A stretch of 32,000 bases of DNA from positions 60,001 to 92,000 of the forward strand of contig NZ_OZ060402.1 in NCBI RefSeq assembly GCF_964059045.1, read 5' to 3'. The notes under the pieces are model-generated. The model did not search any database. It was given only the letters and a program-made list of their open reading frames with translations, and had not been told where the DNA came from. Below are positions 11,020-20,257 of the stretch, piece after piece. A program made the translations under genes and the position numbers. Each line of letters starts with the position of its first letter. Position 1 is the first letter of the stretch. The DNA is from Candidatus Saccharimonadota bacterium. Lineage in GTDB: Bacteria; Pseudomonadota; Gammaproteobacteria; Enterobacterales; Enterobacteriaceae.

Positions 11020-12708
11020 ATGAATGTTGGTCAAGTTAAAAATTCTAGTGTAAATAAATTAGGCATGAACGGTTTTTTTAGTCAATTTTTTAGTTCTTTT
11101 CGTACTTTTTTTATATTGACAATAATTTTTTTAATGATTTCAGTTTATTTTTGTTTTTTTAAAAAATCGCAATCTTATCGTTTGTTATATAATCATTTAT
11201 CTAGTTTTGATGGAGGTGCTATTGTAACACAATTAAAGCAAATGCATATTCCATATCAATTTACAAAAAATTCTGGATTGTTATTGGTGCCTTCTGATCA
11301 AATCTATGAAATTAGATATCATTTAGCTGAACAAGGGTTGCCTAAAGGTAATGGAGTTGGTTTTGAACTTTTAGATAAAGATAAATTAGGTAGTAGTCAA
11401 TTTTCAGAACAAATTAATTATCAAAGAGCATTAGAAGGTGAGTTAGCACGCAGTATTTTGAAAATTAATATTATTGAAGATGTCAGAGTTCATATATCTT
11501 TACCTAAAGAATCCTTGTTTCTTTATGAAAAAAAAGAGCCTTCAGCTTCTGTTGTAGTTAGCATGCACCATGGAAAAATTTTAGATATGGGTCAAATTAA
11601 TGCTATTGTTCATTTAGTATCTAGTAGTATTGCTGGATTATCTACACATAATGTTACAATTATTGATGAATTAGGTCATTTATTAACTGGTTCTAATAAT
11701 AATTATAGTAATTTAAATAATGAGCAGTTAAATTATACTAAATTAATTGAAGATCATTATAGTTCAAGAATAGAAAAAATTTTAACTCCATTGGTAGGTT
11801 TTGGAAATGTTCATGCTGAAGTGACAGCTAAGATTAATTTTAATATTGTAGATCGTCATGAAGATAAATATAATCCAAATTATGATAATAAAAACAAATC
11901 TATTCGTTCTGAACAAAGTATGAATAATTCTCAAACGATAACAGAAAATATGAAGCAATTTCAACAAGAACAGGTTTTTTCTAATAATCAAAATAATAAA
12001 ATTATTCATAATAAACAAAAATCGCATTTAAATCATGCAAAAAAAATTGAAAAAAATATTATTAATAAAAATCAATCTTTTTTTATCCCATTTCCTTCAG
12101 ATTCTAATCATAAAAAAGAAAACACTATTAATTATGAATTAGATCATATTATTTCTCATATAAAAATACATACTGGTGATATAAAACAATTGTCAGCAGC
12201 TGTAATTGTAAATTATTTTGAAAATAATAAAGGAAAAATGATTCCTTTAAATCATGATTTATTAAAAAAAATGCATAGTTTAATTCATGAAAGTATAGGT
12301 TATTCTAAAGATAGAAAAGATACAATTAAATTAGTAAATGCACCATTTGTTCAACATAAAAAAGTTTTAATTAAATATATCAAAACTCCATATATTAAAG
12401 AACCTGAGAATAATTTGTTTTTTTATTTAGTTAGTATTATAGTTTTTATGTTGTTTTTTATTTTTTATTATCAATATCAAATTTCAAAATATAAAAAAGA
12501 AAATATAAAATTTCTTTCTAAAAAAAATTTAAAAGATAATCAATTAAAATCTAATTTTGATTCTATTTTAGAGAAAAAAAATAACAATCAGATAAAAAAA
12601 CATTTGTCTAATGATATTAAAAAAAATCAGTCTGATATTATTAATGAAAACAAAGATAATTCCCATATGACTGCTATAATGATTAAAAAATGGATGAGTG
12701 GTGAATAA
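11020..12708 (+). CDS. fliF: Flagellar MS-ring protein FliF
   Basis: 562-aa ORF with an N-terminal TM segment. ...YQRALEGELARSI...VRVHISLPKESLF...PSASVVV... match conserved FliF/YscJ-family blocks. A C-terminal TM segment follows. An N/K-rich low-complexity insert sits in the middle. Position is divergent from fliE. Confidence 0.9.
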   Translation: MNVGQVKNSSVNKLGMNGFFSQFFSSFRTFFILTIIFLMISVYFCFFKKSQSYRLLYNHLSSFDGGAIVTQLKQMHIPYQFTKNSGLLLVPSDQIYEIRYHLAEQGLPKGNGVGFELLDKDKLGSSQFSEQINYQRALEGELARSILKINIIEDVRVHISLPKESLFLYEKKEPSASVVVSMHHGKILDMGQINAIVHLVSSSIAGLSTHNVTIIDELGHLLTGSNNNYSNLNNEQLNYTKLIEDHYSSRIEKILTPLVGFGNVHAEVTAKINFNIVDRHEDKYNPNYDNKNKSIRSEQSMNNSQTITENMKQFQQEQVFSNNQNNKIIHNKQKSHLNHAKKIEKNIINKNQSFFIPFPSDSNHKKENTINYELDHIISHIKIHTGDIKQLSAAVIVNYFENNKGKMIPLNHDLLKKMHSLIHESIGYSKDRKDTIKLVNAPFVQHKKVLIKYIKTPYIKEPENNLFFYLVSIIVFMLFFIFYYQYQISKYKKENIKFLSKKNLKDNQLKSNFDSILEKKNNNQIKKHLSNDIKKNQSDIINENKDNSHMTAIMIKKWMSGE

Positions 12709-12711
12709 TTC

Positions 12712-13698
12712 ATGATAAATTTAAATGGAATAGAAAAAAGTGCTTTATTATTAATGTCTATGGATTCTGATCAAGTATCTCAGGTATTGAAACATTTTAC
12801 ATCATCAGAAATTCAATTATTAATTAGTACTATTTTAAAAATCACTGAAAAAGAATCTCAACATGTAAATTTAGTTTTAGATGAATTTCATGGTTTTTGT
12901 AAAACAAACAATTTTTTAAATGAAAATTATTCTCAAAAATATTTGTTATCTATGTTAAAAAAAGTATTAGAAAACAAGACAGCTGATTGTTTTTTAGAAG
13001 AAGAATTAATTATACAAAATAGAAAAAAAAAATTAACTATATTAAATAGTTTTAGTGCGAAAGAATTAGCAATTTTGATACACAAAGAACATATACAAAT
13101 TATTACTATTTTGTTGTCATATATTAATCGTGATCTTGCTTCTCAAACACTAGTTTTATTAGAAAAAAAAATACAAATTGAAGTGATTTTTCGTATTTCA
13201 AAATTAAATAAATTAAATCGTAAAGTTATGGTAGAATTTTTAAGATTTATTGATTATTTATTAGATTCTAAAACACATTTATTTAAAAATATTAATGGTA
13301 TCAAAATTAGTTCAGAACTATTACAGAAATTAAAAGAAAAAAATAGAAAAATAATATTAGATGAAATAAAAATATCTAATAAAGATATTGTGCATCAAAT
13401 TAATTATGAAAGTTTTTCATTTGATAATATTCTTGATTTAGATGATTTACATATAAAATTTTTAATAAAAAAAATAAGTCAAAATAAAATTTTTAATGTC
13501 TTAAAATATTGTCATAAGTCATTCCAAGAAAAATTTTTAAAAAATATGTCTAAAATAGATTCTGATGCATTTTATAAATTTTCTAATAAAAAAACATCTA
13601 TTCCAAATGTTTTAATAGAAGAAGATAAAAAAGAGATAGTGATGTTAATTAAAAAATATTTATATGATGGAAAAATATCATTTCATACATTAGGGTAA
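12712..13698 (+). CDS. fliG: Flagellar motor switch/rotor protein FliG (divergent)
   Basis: 328-aa ORF directly after fliF. LNGIEKSALLLMSMDSDQVSQVLKHF resembles the FliG N-terminus (G.EKAAILL..LGE..AA.V.KHL). Length is close to E. coli (331 aa). Confidence 0.85.
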   Translation: MINLNGIEKSALLLMSMDSDQVSQVLKHFTSSEIQLLISTILKITEKESQHVNLVLDEFHGFCKTNNFLNENYSQKYLLSMLKKVLENKTADCFLEEELIIQNRKKKLTILNSFSAKELAILIHKEHIQIITILLSYINRDLASQTLVLLEKKIQIEVIFRISKLNKLNRKVMVEFLRFIDYLLDSKTHLFKNINGIKISSELLQKLKEKNRKIILDEIKISNKDIVHQINYESFSFDNILDLDDLHIKFLIKKISQNKIFNVLKYCHKSFQEKFLKNMSKIDSDAFYKFSNKKTSIPNVLIEEDKKEIVMLIKKYLYDGKISFHTLG

Positions 13699-13702
13699 TT
13701 AA

Positions 13703-14419
13703 ATGTCTCATACTACTGTTATAAAAAAATGGAAAAAATGGTATCCGGATAAATTAAATGAATCTAAAAATATTAAACAACAATTAGTTTCATCAAATGA
13801 TGATTTAGATATCATTAATAGTAGCAATCAGAATAAATTATTTATCCCAGTTCTTGAAAAAACAGTATCAATGTCTGAAAATTTTGATCAGAATATGCTA
13901 AATGATTCAAGTAAAAAAAATGTTACTCATGCTGATGGTCAATGTAATATGACAGATGGTTTAAAATTAAAAGAAGAATTTTTAAATTTTGAAAAAGAAA
14001 AAAAAATATTTTTTATAACAATCAAAGAATTTTTACATAACTTTCAATTATCTATGAATACTTTAGATGAATTAATTTCTTCTCGTTTAGAACAATTAGT
14101 ATTAAAGGTGACTGAAAAAATTATTGAATCTATTCCAATAATAGAAAAAAATATTATATTGAACAAAATAAATTTTTTTTTAAATCAAGATATTTTTTGT
14201 TTTAAAAAAATACGATTACATATTCATCCTGATAACAAATTATTAATTGAAAAAGAGTTTGGAAAAATTTTTAATGATTATGGATGGATAATATTTTCTG
14301 ATTCTGAAATAGATAAAAATGGTTGTAAATTTTCATCATTAGTTGATGGTAGTGAATTTGATTGTAATTTATCGTCTCGTTTTAAAGCATTATCTCGAAT
14401 AACTTTCTTAGAGGAATGA
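13703..14419 (+). CDS. fliH: Flagellar export ATPase regulator FliH (very divergent)
   Basis: 238-aa ORF in the fliG-fliI slot. Its stop overlaps the fliI start (ATGA). The assignment rests mainly on synteny and size. Confidence 0.7.
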   Translation: MSHTTVIKKWKKWYPDKLNESKNIKQQLVSSNDDLDIINSSNQNKLFIPVLEKTVSMSENFDQNMLNDSSKKNVTHADGQCNMTDGLKLKEEFLNFEKEKKIFFITIKEFLHNFQLSMNTLDELISSRLEQLVLKVTEKIIESIPIIEKNIILNKINFFLNQDIFCFKKIRLHIHPDNKLLIEKEFGKIFNDYGWIIFSDSEIDKNGCKFSSLVDGSEFDCNLSSRFKALSRITFLEE

Positions 14420-15819
14420 AAGTGATAAATTTGCAAATTGAACGGTGGTTGAAAAAGATTAATTTAATGGAATCTAAGTTAAATAAAATTCCTAATTTGA
14501 TTTGTTCTGGTTCTTTAGTGGGATTAAATGGTATAGTATTTGAAGTTAGTGGATTAATATTACCTATTGGTGCAATTTGTATTATTGAAACACATTTGTC
14601 TTCTAAATACCAGTGTTATAAGAAATGTGAAGTAATAGGTTTTAAAGACAATATTATATTCATTATACCATTAGATGGTATTGTAGATGGTGTTAGTTAT
14701 GGAGATCGTGTTTTTAGTAATATTAATTTGAGTTGTTTGGATTCAAATTTCGAGTTTAATAATGTACCATTAGGTAATGATTTATTAGGTCGAGTACTAG
14801 ATAGTCAAGGTGTTCCTTTAGATAAATTAGAATCTATTAAACCAGAATTTTATGGACCATTGTTTACGCCATTAATTAATCCTTTAGATCGTCAACCTAT
14901 TAAAAAAATTTTAGATTTAGGAATTCGTTCAATAAACTCGTTATTAACTATTGGTGTAGGGCAAAGAATAGGGTTATTTTCTAGTTCAGGATTAGGTAAA
15001 AGTGTGTTATTAGGCATGATTGCAAAATATAGTTCTGCTGATGTGATTGTTTTAGGTTTAATTGGTGAAAGAGGAAGAGAAGTTAAAGAATTTATCGATA
15101 ATATTTTAGGAAAGGAAGGTTTATCTCGTTCAGTAATTGTTGCAGTTCCAGCTGATGTTTCTGCATTATCTAGAATTAAAGGTACTATTTATGCAACTAG
15201 AATAGCTGAATATTTTAGAGAACAAAAAAAACATGTATTATTAATTATTGATTCTTTAACTCGTTATGCTATGTCATTACGTGAAGTATCTTTATCTTTA
15301 GGTGAATTACCAGTTACTAAAGGTTATCCATCCTCTGTTTTTTCTAAGTTACCAATGTTAATCGAACGAGCTGGTAATTCAAATAACCATTCTGGATCCA
15401 TTAGTGCAATATATACAATATTAACAGAACAAGATACAGAAAATGATCCTATTTCAGATATTGCTAAATCTGTGTTAGATGGTCATATAGTGTTATCGAA
15501 AAATTTAGCTGAAAGTGGTAGATATCCTGCTATTGATGTTTCTGTTTCGATTAGTAGATTAATGACTAATTTGATTAGTGATAGTCAATATAATCAAGTT
15601 ATTTTTTTAAAGCAATTAATTTCTATATATAATAAAAATGAAGATTTAATTAATATAGGGGCATATGTAGCTGGTAGTAATAAATTACTTGATAAAGCTA
15701 TTTTGTTTAAACCTAAATTAGATGCTTTTTTACAACAGGATATGCATCAACGTATTAATTATGGTGATTCTTGTTTGGAATTAGAAAAATTATTTAATGA
15801 AGTTCATTTAAGTAATTAA
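14416..15819 (+). CDS. fliI: Flagellum-specific type III export ATPase FliI
   Basis: 467-aa ORF. GQRIGLFSSSGLGKSVLLGMIAKYS (Walker A), LIGERGREV, VLLIIDSLTRYA (Walker B) and RYPAIDV match Salmonella/E. coli FliI. Confidence 0.95.
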   Translation: MKVINLQIERWLKKINLMESKLNKIPNLICSGSLVGLNGIVFEVSGLILPIGAICIIETHLSSKYQCYKKCEVIGFKDNIIFIIPLDGIVDGVSYGDRVFSNINLSCLDSNFEFNNVPLGNDLLGRVLDSQGVPLDKLESIKPEFYGPLFTPLINPLDRQPIKKILDLGIRSINSLLTIGVGQRIGLFSSSGLGKSVLLGMIAKYSSADVIVLGLIGERGREVKEFIDNILGKEGLSRSVIVAVPADVSALSRIKGTIYATRIAEYFREQKKHVLLIIDSLTRYAMSLREVSLSLGELPVTKGYPSSVFSKLPMLIERAGNSNNHSGSISAIYTILTEQDTENDPISDIAKSVLDGHIVLSKNLAESGRYPAIDVSVSISRLMTNLISDSQYNQVIFLKQLISIYNKNEDLINIGAYVAGSNKLLDKAILFKPKLDAFLQQDMHQRINYGDSCLELEKLFNEVHLSN

Positions 15820-15846
15820 ATATTTTTATTTTTATATGGTAAAATT

Positions 15847-16287
15847 ATGTTAACAATTAAAAAAATGAAATTATTAAAGATAAAAGAACAATTCAAAATA
15901 AAATTAATCATGGGTCATTTTAAAAATATTTTTTTTAAAAAAAAATGTATTTTAAATCAATTTAATCAACTTGATCAATACCATAAAGAATATTATAAGT
16001 CTTTACATTTGGATCTTTTATCTGGTATTAATAGTATTAGTATAAAATGTTATTTAGATTTTTTAAATCTTTTAGAAAATAATATAAAATTACAAATTGA
16101 ACAATTATCAAAATGTAATAAAAAATTAGAATTAATTTCAATTGATTTAAAAAGTATGCAAGAAAAAATTAATATTTATAAAAATTTAGAATTGAAAATT
16201 CATCAAAATAAAATTTTAAAAGAAGAAACTAATCAACAAAAATATAATGATGAATTTTCTTCTTTATTGTTCTTAAAAAAGGTATAA
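15847..16287 (+). CDS. fliJ: Flagellar export chaperone-like protein FliJ (divergent)
   Basis: 146-aa coiled-coil-type ORF in the conserved fliI-fliK slot. E. coli FliJ is 147 aa. The assignment rests on synteny and size. Confidence 0.65.
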   Translation: MLTIKKMKLLKIKEQFKIKLIMGHFKNIFFKKKCILNQFNQLDQYHKEYYKSLHLDLLSGINSISIKCYLDFLNLLENNIKLQIEQLSKCNKKLELISIDLKSMQEKINIYKNLELKIHQNKILKEETNQQKYNDEFSSLLFLKKV

Positions 16288-16294
16288 CATTATT

Positions 16295-17491
16295 ATGTTA
16301 TTAAAAGTTAGTGGTGAATTATTTAATAATATGATGATTAATCATCATATTATTAAAAATATATTTTTTAATATTTTTAAAAAAAAATTAAGTTTTTTGA
16401 TTTTTAAAAAACAAAATCATTTTAATAATGTGAAACGCATTCCTAAAAAGATTATATATCGTAAATTAGATAAAAAAGACAATATTATTAATACATCTTT
16501 TCATAATTTTTTTTTAAATTATTTTCATCAATCTTATAATAATATTATTATTTCTAAAAATAATTTTTCAAAACATAAATGTATTAGTTCATCTATTTTA
16601 AAAAAACATATTTTTAAAAATACTATTATTTTTGCAGTTCCTCATAATGCAATGAATAATATTAATATAAAAAAACAAAATATTAATAATACAATATCTA
16701 AAATCACAAATAACATTAAATTAAATTTTAAAAACATATTATTGAATTTTAACTATTTTATAAAAAAATTTTTTAGTGTATCATTTAATTTTAATTATAT
16801 TAAAAATTTTTATAACCAACGGATTAATAATGATTTTTTGTCAAATAAAAATTGTTTTTTTAATTTTTTAAAGATATCACTATTTGATATCAGTTGGATT
16901 CAACAAAATGCATTATTAAGTTATTTTAATAATATCTTTTGTATCAATAATTTAAAAATTTTAGATAATAATCAAAAATTATATCAAAATATTTCACTTA
17001 ATGATTGTAATTTGCAAACATTTTATAATGTAAAAAATAGTAATTTGTTTTTAAATAAATTTTTATTAATAGAAGAATTAAGAAATAAGATAGCACAACA
17101 AATATTAATATTAAAATTCAATCAAATGAATCAAGTTAAATTATATCTTTATCCAAAAAACAAGGGATTATTGTGTATTGAGTTGAATATGAGTAACAAT
17201 AAAAATGTTTTAAATTTTATATCTCAAGATAGTCGAATTTGTTTTGCATTAAATGCTGCTGTTCATGATTTAAGAAAAAAAATGAAAAAAAATGGTATAA
17301 TATTAGATTCAATCACTATTTATGATCATAGTTTGTTTTTACAAAAGGATCATAATGCTAATTATATTAAATATTATAATCGTAATAAAAATTATAATTA
17401 TAACAAATATTCTAGCAATAGAACCAAACCATTATTAAAAGGTTATAAAAATTGTATTTTAAATGATAATTTTATTCATGTTTATGTTTAA
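16295..17491 (+). CDS. fliK: Flagellar hook-length control protein FliK (extremely N/I/K/F-rich)
   Basis: 398-aa ORF in the fliK slot. The C-terminal block LYPKNKGLLCIELNMSNNKNVLNFISQDSRICFALNAAVHDLRKKMKKNGIILDSITI resembles the FliK C-terminal (Flg_hook) domain pattern L.P..LG.v.v.l......v.f.....a..al......Lr..L...G. Confidence 0.65.
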   Translation: MLLKVSGELFNNMMINHHIIKNIFFNIFKKKLSFLIFKKQNHFNNVKRIPKKIIYRKLDKKDNIINTSFHNFFLNYFHQSYNNIIISKNNFSKHKCISSSILKKHIFKNTIIFAVPHNAMNNINIKKQNINNTISKITNNIKLNFKNILLNFNYFIKKFFSVSFNFNYIKNFYNQRINNDFLSNKNCFFNFLKISLFDISWIQQNALLSYFNNIFCINNLKILDNNQKLYQNISLNDCNLQTFYNVKNSNLFLNKFLLIEELRNKIAQQILILKFNQMNQVKLYLYPKNKGLLCIELNMSNNKNVLNFISQDSRICFALNAAVHDLRKKMKKNGIILDSITIYDHSLFLQKDHNANYIKYYNRNKNYNYNKYSSNRTKPLLKGYKNCILNDNFIHVYV

Positions 17492-17508
17492 ATATAATTT
17501 TTATTAAT

Positions 17509-17566
17509 ATAATTTATAATATTAAAAATAAAATTTTTTAAATTAATTTTTAATATTATAAATTAT
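17509..17566 (+). terminator. 21-bp perfect AT-only inverted repeat (16-nt loop) directly after fliK
   Basis: 17509-17529 (atataatttataatattaaaaat) is the exact reverse complement of 17546-17566. I checked it pair by pair. It starts 18 nt after the fliK stop, at the ancestral fliFGHIJK / fliLMNOPQR operon boundary. Confidence 0.4.
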
Positions 17567-17621
17567 TATTGTATTTTATAATTATATATTGATAACTATT
17601 TTAATTATTAAGGTATTTTGA

Positions 17622-18614
17622 ATGGATAAAAAAATAATTTCCGATATTAACTTAAAAAATTTTTTTTTGGATACTCAAAAAGATAAATATAAAAATATTA
17701 TAGATGTTAATGAAAATATAAATTGTCTCAACAAAAATATCATAGATACAGAACAATACAACAGTATTTTAAATGATGTAAATCAATTATTTTTGCATCA
17801 TTTTCAGAAAAATTTATCTAAATTTATTAATATAGAAGATATGATTTTTCGTTGTACAAATATAAAAAATATATCTTATCAAGACTATATAAAAAATTTT
17901 AACATGCCTATTAAATTTAATATTTTAGAATCTTTTTCTAATAATAATATTGCTTTTATTGGTTTTTCCTCTCAATTTATTTTTTTTGTAATAGATTTGT
18001 TATTTGGGAATACAGGTTTATTACCACCATTTGTTCTTAAAAAAAATGAATTTACATCATATGAATATAATTTGATAAAAAAAATATATTTAATTATTAT
18101 TCAATCATATGTTTTTTCTTGGAAAAAAATTTATTCAATAGATTTAAAATATAGTTCTATTGATAATATGTATGTAAATACTGATATTGTTGGCTGTAAA
18201 GATAATAATAATTTGTTTTTTTCAGAATTTTCTGTTAATTCTAATAATAGTGATATAAAATTTAATATTTGTATTTCATCATCTATAATTCAGACTTGGA
18301 ATAATAAATTATTTAATCACAAAAAATTATCTGATGATTTGAATGGTGATATTAATTATGATTTGTTAAATATAATAAATAAAATTGAATTAGATATTAA
18401 AATTCAATTTTTAGAATTTATGATACCTTTATCTAATATTTTGAAATTAAAAATTGGTGATGTTTTTAATATTTCACAACCCGATCAAGTTATAGCTCAT
18501 ATAGATGATATGTTTTTATTTTCTGGAAAATATGGATCATGTGAAGGTAAACATGCATTGTCTATCATTAATATAAAACAATCTAATATTGAAAATAGTA
18601 TTATAAAAGGATAA
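17622..18614 (+). CDS. fliM: Flagellar motor switch (C-ring) protein FliM
   Basis: 330-aa ORF (E. coli 334 aa) followed by fliN. The C-terminal SpoA-like block ...LKLKIGDVFNISQPDQVIAHIDDMFLFSGKYG... matches the FliM pattern (L.L..GDVI.L.......v.V.g...f.g..G). An AAGG SD lies upstream. Confidence 0.85.
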   Translation: MDKKIISDINLKNFFLDTQKDKYKNIIDVNENINCLNKNIIDTEQYNSILNDVNQLFLHHFQKNLSKFINIEDMIFRCTNIKNISYQDYIKNFNMPIKFNILESFSNNNIAFIGFSSQFIFFVIDLLFGNTGLLPPFVLKKNEFTSYEYNLIKKIYLIIIQSYVFSWKKIYSIDLKYSSIDNMYVNTDIVGCKDNNNLFFSEFSVNSNNSDIKFNICISSSIIQTWNNKLFNHKKLSDDLNGDINYDLLNIINKIELDIKIQFLEFMIPLSNILKLKIGDVFNISQPDQVIAHIDDMFLFSGKYGSCEGKHALSIINIKQSNIENSIIKG

Positions 18615-18621
18615 TTTAATT

Positions 18622-19002
18622 ATGGTAAATGATAATCAGGATAGTCAAAAAAATAATATTTTAAAAGATAATATCGAATTATTAGATAAAAAATCTTTAA
18701 TTAAAGATATTAATTTAAAACATGACAATGTATTATCTGAATATAATATTGATTTTATTGGACAAATTCCTGTAAAAGTATTAGTAGAATTAGGTAGAAT
18801 TAAAATTACGATTAAAGAATTTTTAAAATTATCTGTGGGATCTATATTGTCTTTAGAAAATGATCTGAATCAACCTTTAAATATTTTTGTGAATAATTTT
18901 TTAATTGCTCAGGGTGAAATAGTCGTTATTGAAAATAAATATGGAATTCGAATTACTAAGATAATAGAAAAATCTGAATTTATTAATACTGTTCATAATT
19001 AA
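18622..19002 (+). CDS. fliN: Flagellar motor switch protein FliN
   Basis: 126-aa ORF. IPVKVLVELGRIKITIKEFLKLSVGSILSLENDLNQPLNIFVNNFLIAQGEIVVIENKYGIRIT matches the FliN SpoA domain. Confidence 0.92.
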   Translation: MVNDNQDSQKNNILKDNIELLDKKSLIKDINLKHDNVLSEYNIDFIGQIPVKVLVELGRIKITIKEFLKLSVGSILSLENDLNQPLNIFVNNFLIAQGEIVVIENKYGIRITKIIEKSEFINTVHN

Positions 19003-19187
19003 TTTTTGCACGGAATTAATTTTTTTAAATTTTTTTTTGATTAATTGATAATTTATTTTAAATTTATTTTATATGTATTGTTTTTTTATATATTTTTTTT
19101 TAATATAATATATAATAATAAAATGATTTCTATTTGTATTTATAGATAGCATATGAAAAATTTTACTTAAAGATTTTGGAAAAAACG

Positions 19188-19922
19188 ATGGTTAATCAGA
19201 TATTATTATTTTTATCTTTATTTTTATTTTCTCCAGAAATTTATGCATCAATACCTGGATTAACTACTCATTATTTGAGTGATGGAGGTCAAAGTTGGTC
19301 TCTTCCCATTCAAACTTTAGTATTCTTGACTTCATTGACTTTTCTTCCAGCTATTCTATTGATGATGACTAGTTTTACAAGAATTATTATTGTTTTTGGT
19401 TTATTGAGAAATGCCATTGGAACTCCTTACGCTCCACCAAATCAAGTATTACTTGGTCTGGCGTTATTTTTAACTTTTTTTATTATGAGTCCAGTATTAG
19501 ATAAAGTATATACAGAAGCATATTTACCTTTTTCTCAGGATAAAATATCTATGGATGTAGCTTTGAAAAAAGGAGCTGAACCATTAAAACAATTTATGAT
19601 AAAACAAATTAGAAAACCTGATTTAGAATTATTTTCTAAATTAGCACATATTTCTTCATTTTCTAATTTGAAAGATGTTCCAATGAGAGTAATATTACCT
19701 GCTTTTATTACAAGTGAATTAAAAACTGCTTTTCAAATAGGATTTACTATATTTATTCCTTTTTTAATTATTGATTTAGTGGTTTCAAGTGTTTTAATGG
19801 CATTAGGAATGATGATGGTTCCACCTTCTAGTATTTCATTGCCTTTTAAATTAATGTTATTTGTTTTAGTTGATGGTTGGAAATTGTTAGTAAATTCATT
19901 AGCTCAAAGTTTCTATTTTTAA
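19188..19922 (+). CDS. fliP: Flagellar type III export apparatus protein FliP (the ORF track uses an upstream TTG at 19176)
   Basis: ...[70 protein letters not shown]... is near-identical to E. coli FliP. The ATG at 19188 gives a signal-peptide-like N-terminus and 244 aa (E. coli 245). Confidence 0.95.
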   Translation: MVNQILLFLSLFLFSPEIYASIPGLTTHYLSDGGQSWSLPIQTLVFLTSLTFLPAILLMMTSFTRIIIVFGLLRNAIGTPYAPPNQVLLGLALFLTFFIMSPVLDKVYTEAYLPFSQDKISMDVALKKGAEPLKQFMIKQIRKPDLELFSKLAHISSFSNLKDVPMRVILPAFITSELKTAFQIGFTIFIPFLIIDLVVSSVLMALGMMMVPPSSISLPFKLMLFVLVDGWKLLVNSLAQSFYF

Positions 19923-19987
19923 TAATTTATTTTTAATTATGAAAATATTTATTTTTTAAAATATTTTATTTCAAAAAATGAGGTTTT

Positions 19988-20257
19988 ATGACTCCAGAAT
20001 TAGTAATGACTATGTTTCATGAAGCGATTAAAGTTTCATTACTTTTATCATTTCCTTTATTATTATCTGCTTTGATAACAGGATTAGTAATCAGTTTATT
20101 ACAAGCTTCAACTCAAATTAATGAACAAACTTTATCTTTTATTCCTAAAATAATATCTGTTTTTAGTTCAATTGTGTTTTTTGGTCCATGGATGTTAAAC
20201 GTTTTAATTGATTATGTACAAAATTTATTTAATAATTTACCTTTAATAATACACTAA
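19988..20257 (+). CDS. fliQ: Flagellar type III export apparatus protein FliQ
   Basis: 89-aa ORF (same length as E. coli FliQ) with conserved LISLLQASTQINEQTLSFIPKI. A GAGG SD lies upstream. Confidence 0.93.
   Translation: MTPELVMTMFHEAIKVSLLLSFPLLLSALITGLVISLLQASTQINEQTLSFIPKIISVFSSIVFFGPWMLNVLIDYVQNLFNNLPLIIH

Noticed and set aside
11782-12027. 81-aa minus-strand ORF inside fliF
   Set aside because: It is antisense to the low-complexity N/K-rich insert of fliF and has I/F/L-rich junk composition.
19003-19175. Possible fliO remnant or small ORF in the fliN-fliP spacer, including a tandem 11-mer aatttatttta x2 (19050-19071)
   Set aside because: 173 bp cannot hold a FliO of about 120 aa. 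No ORF with an SD is visible. The tandem 11-mer is pure A/T and short, so I treat it as slippage noise.
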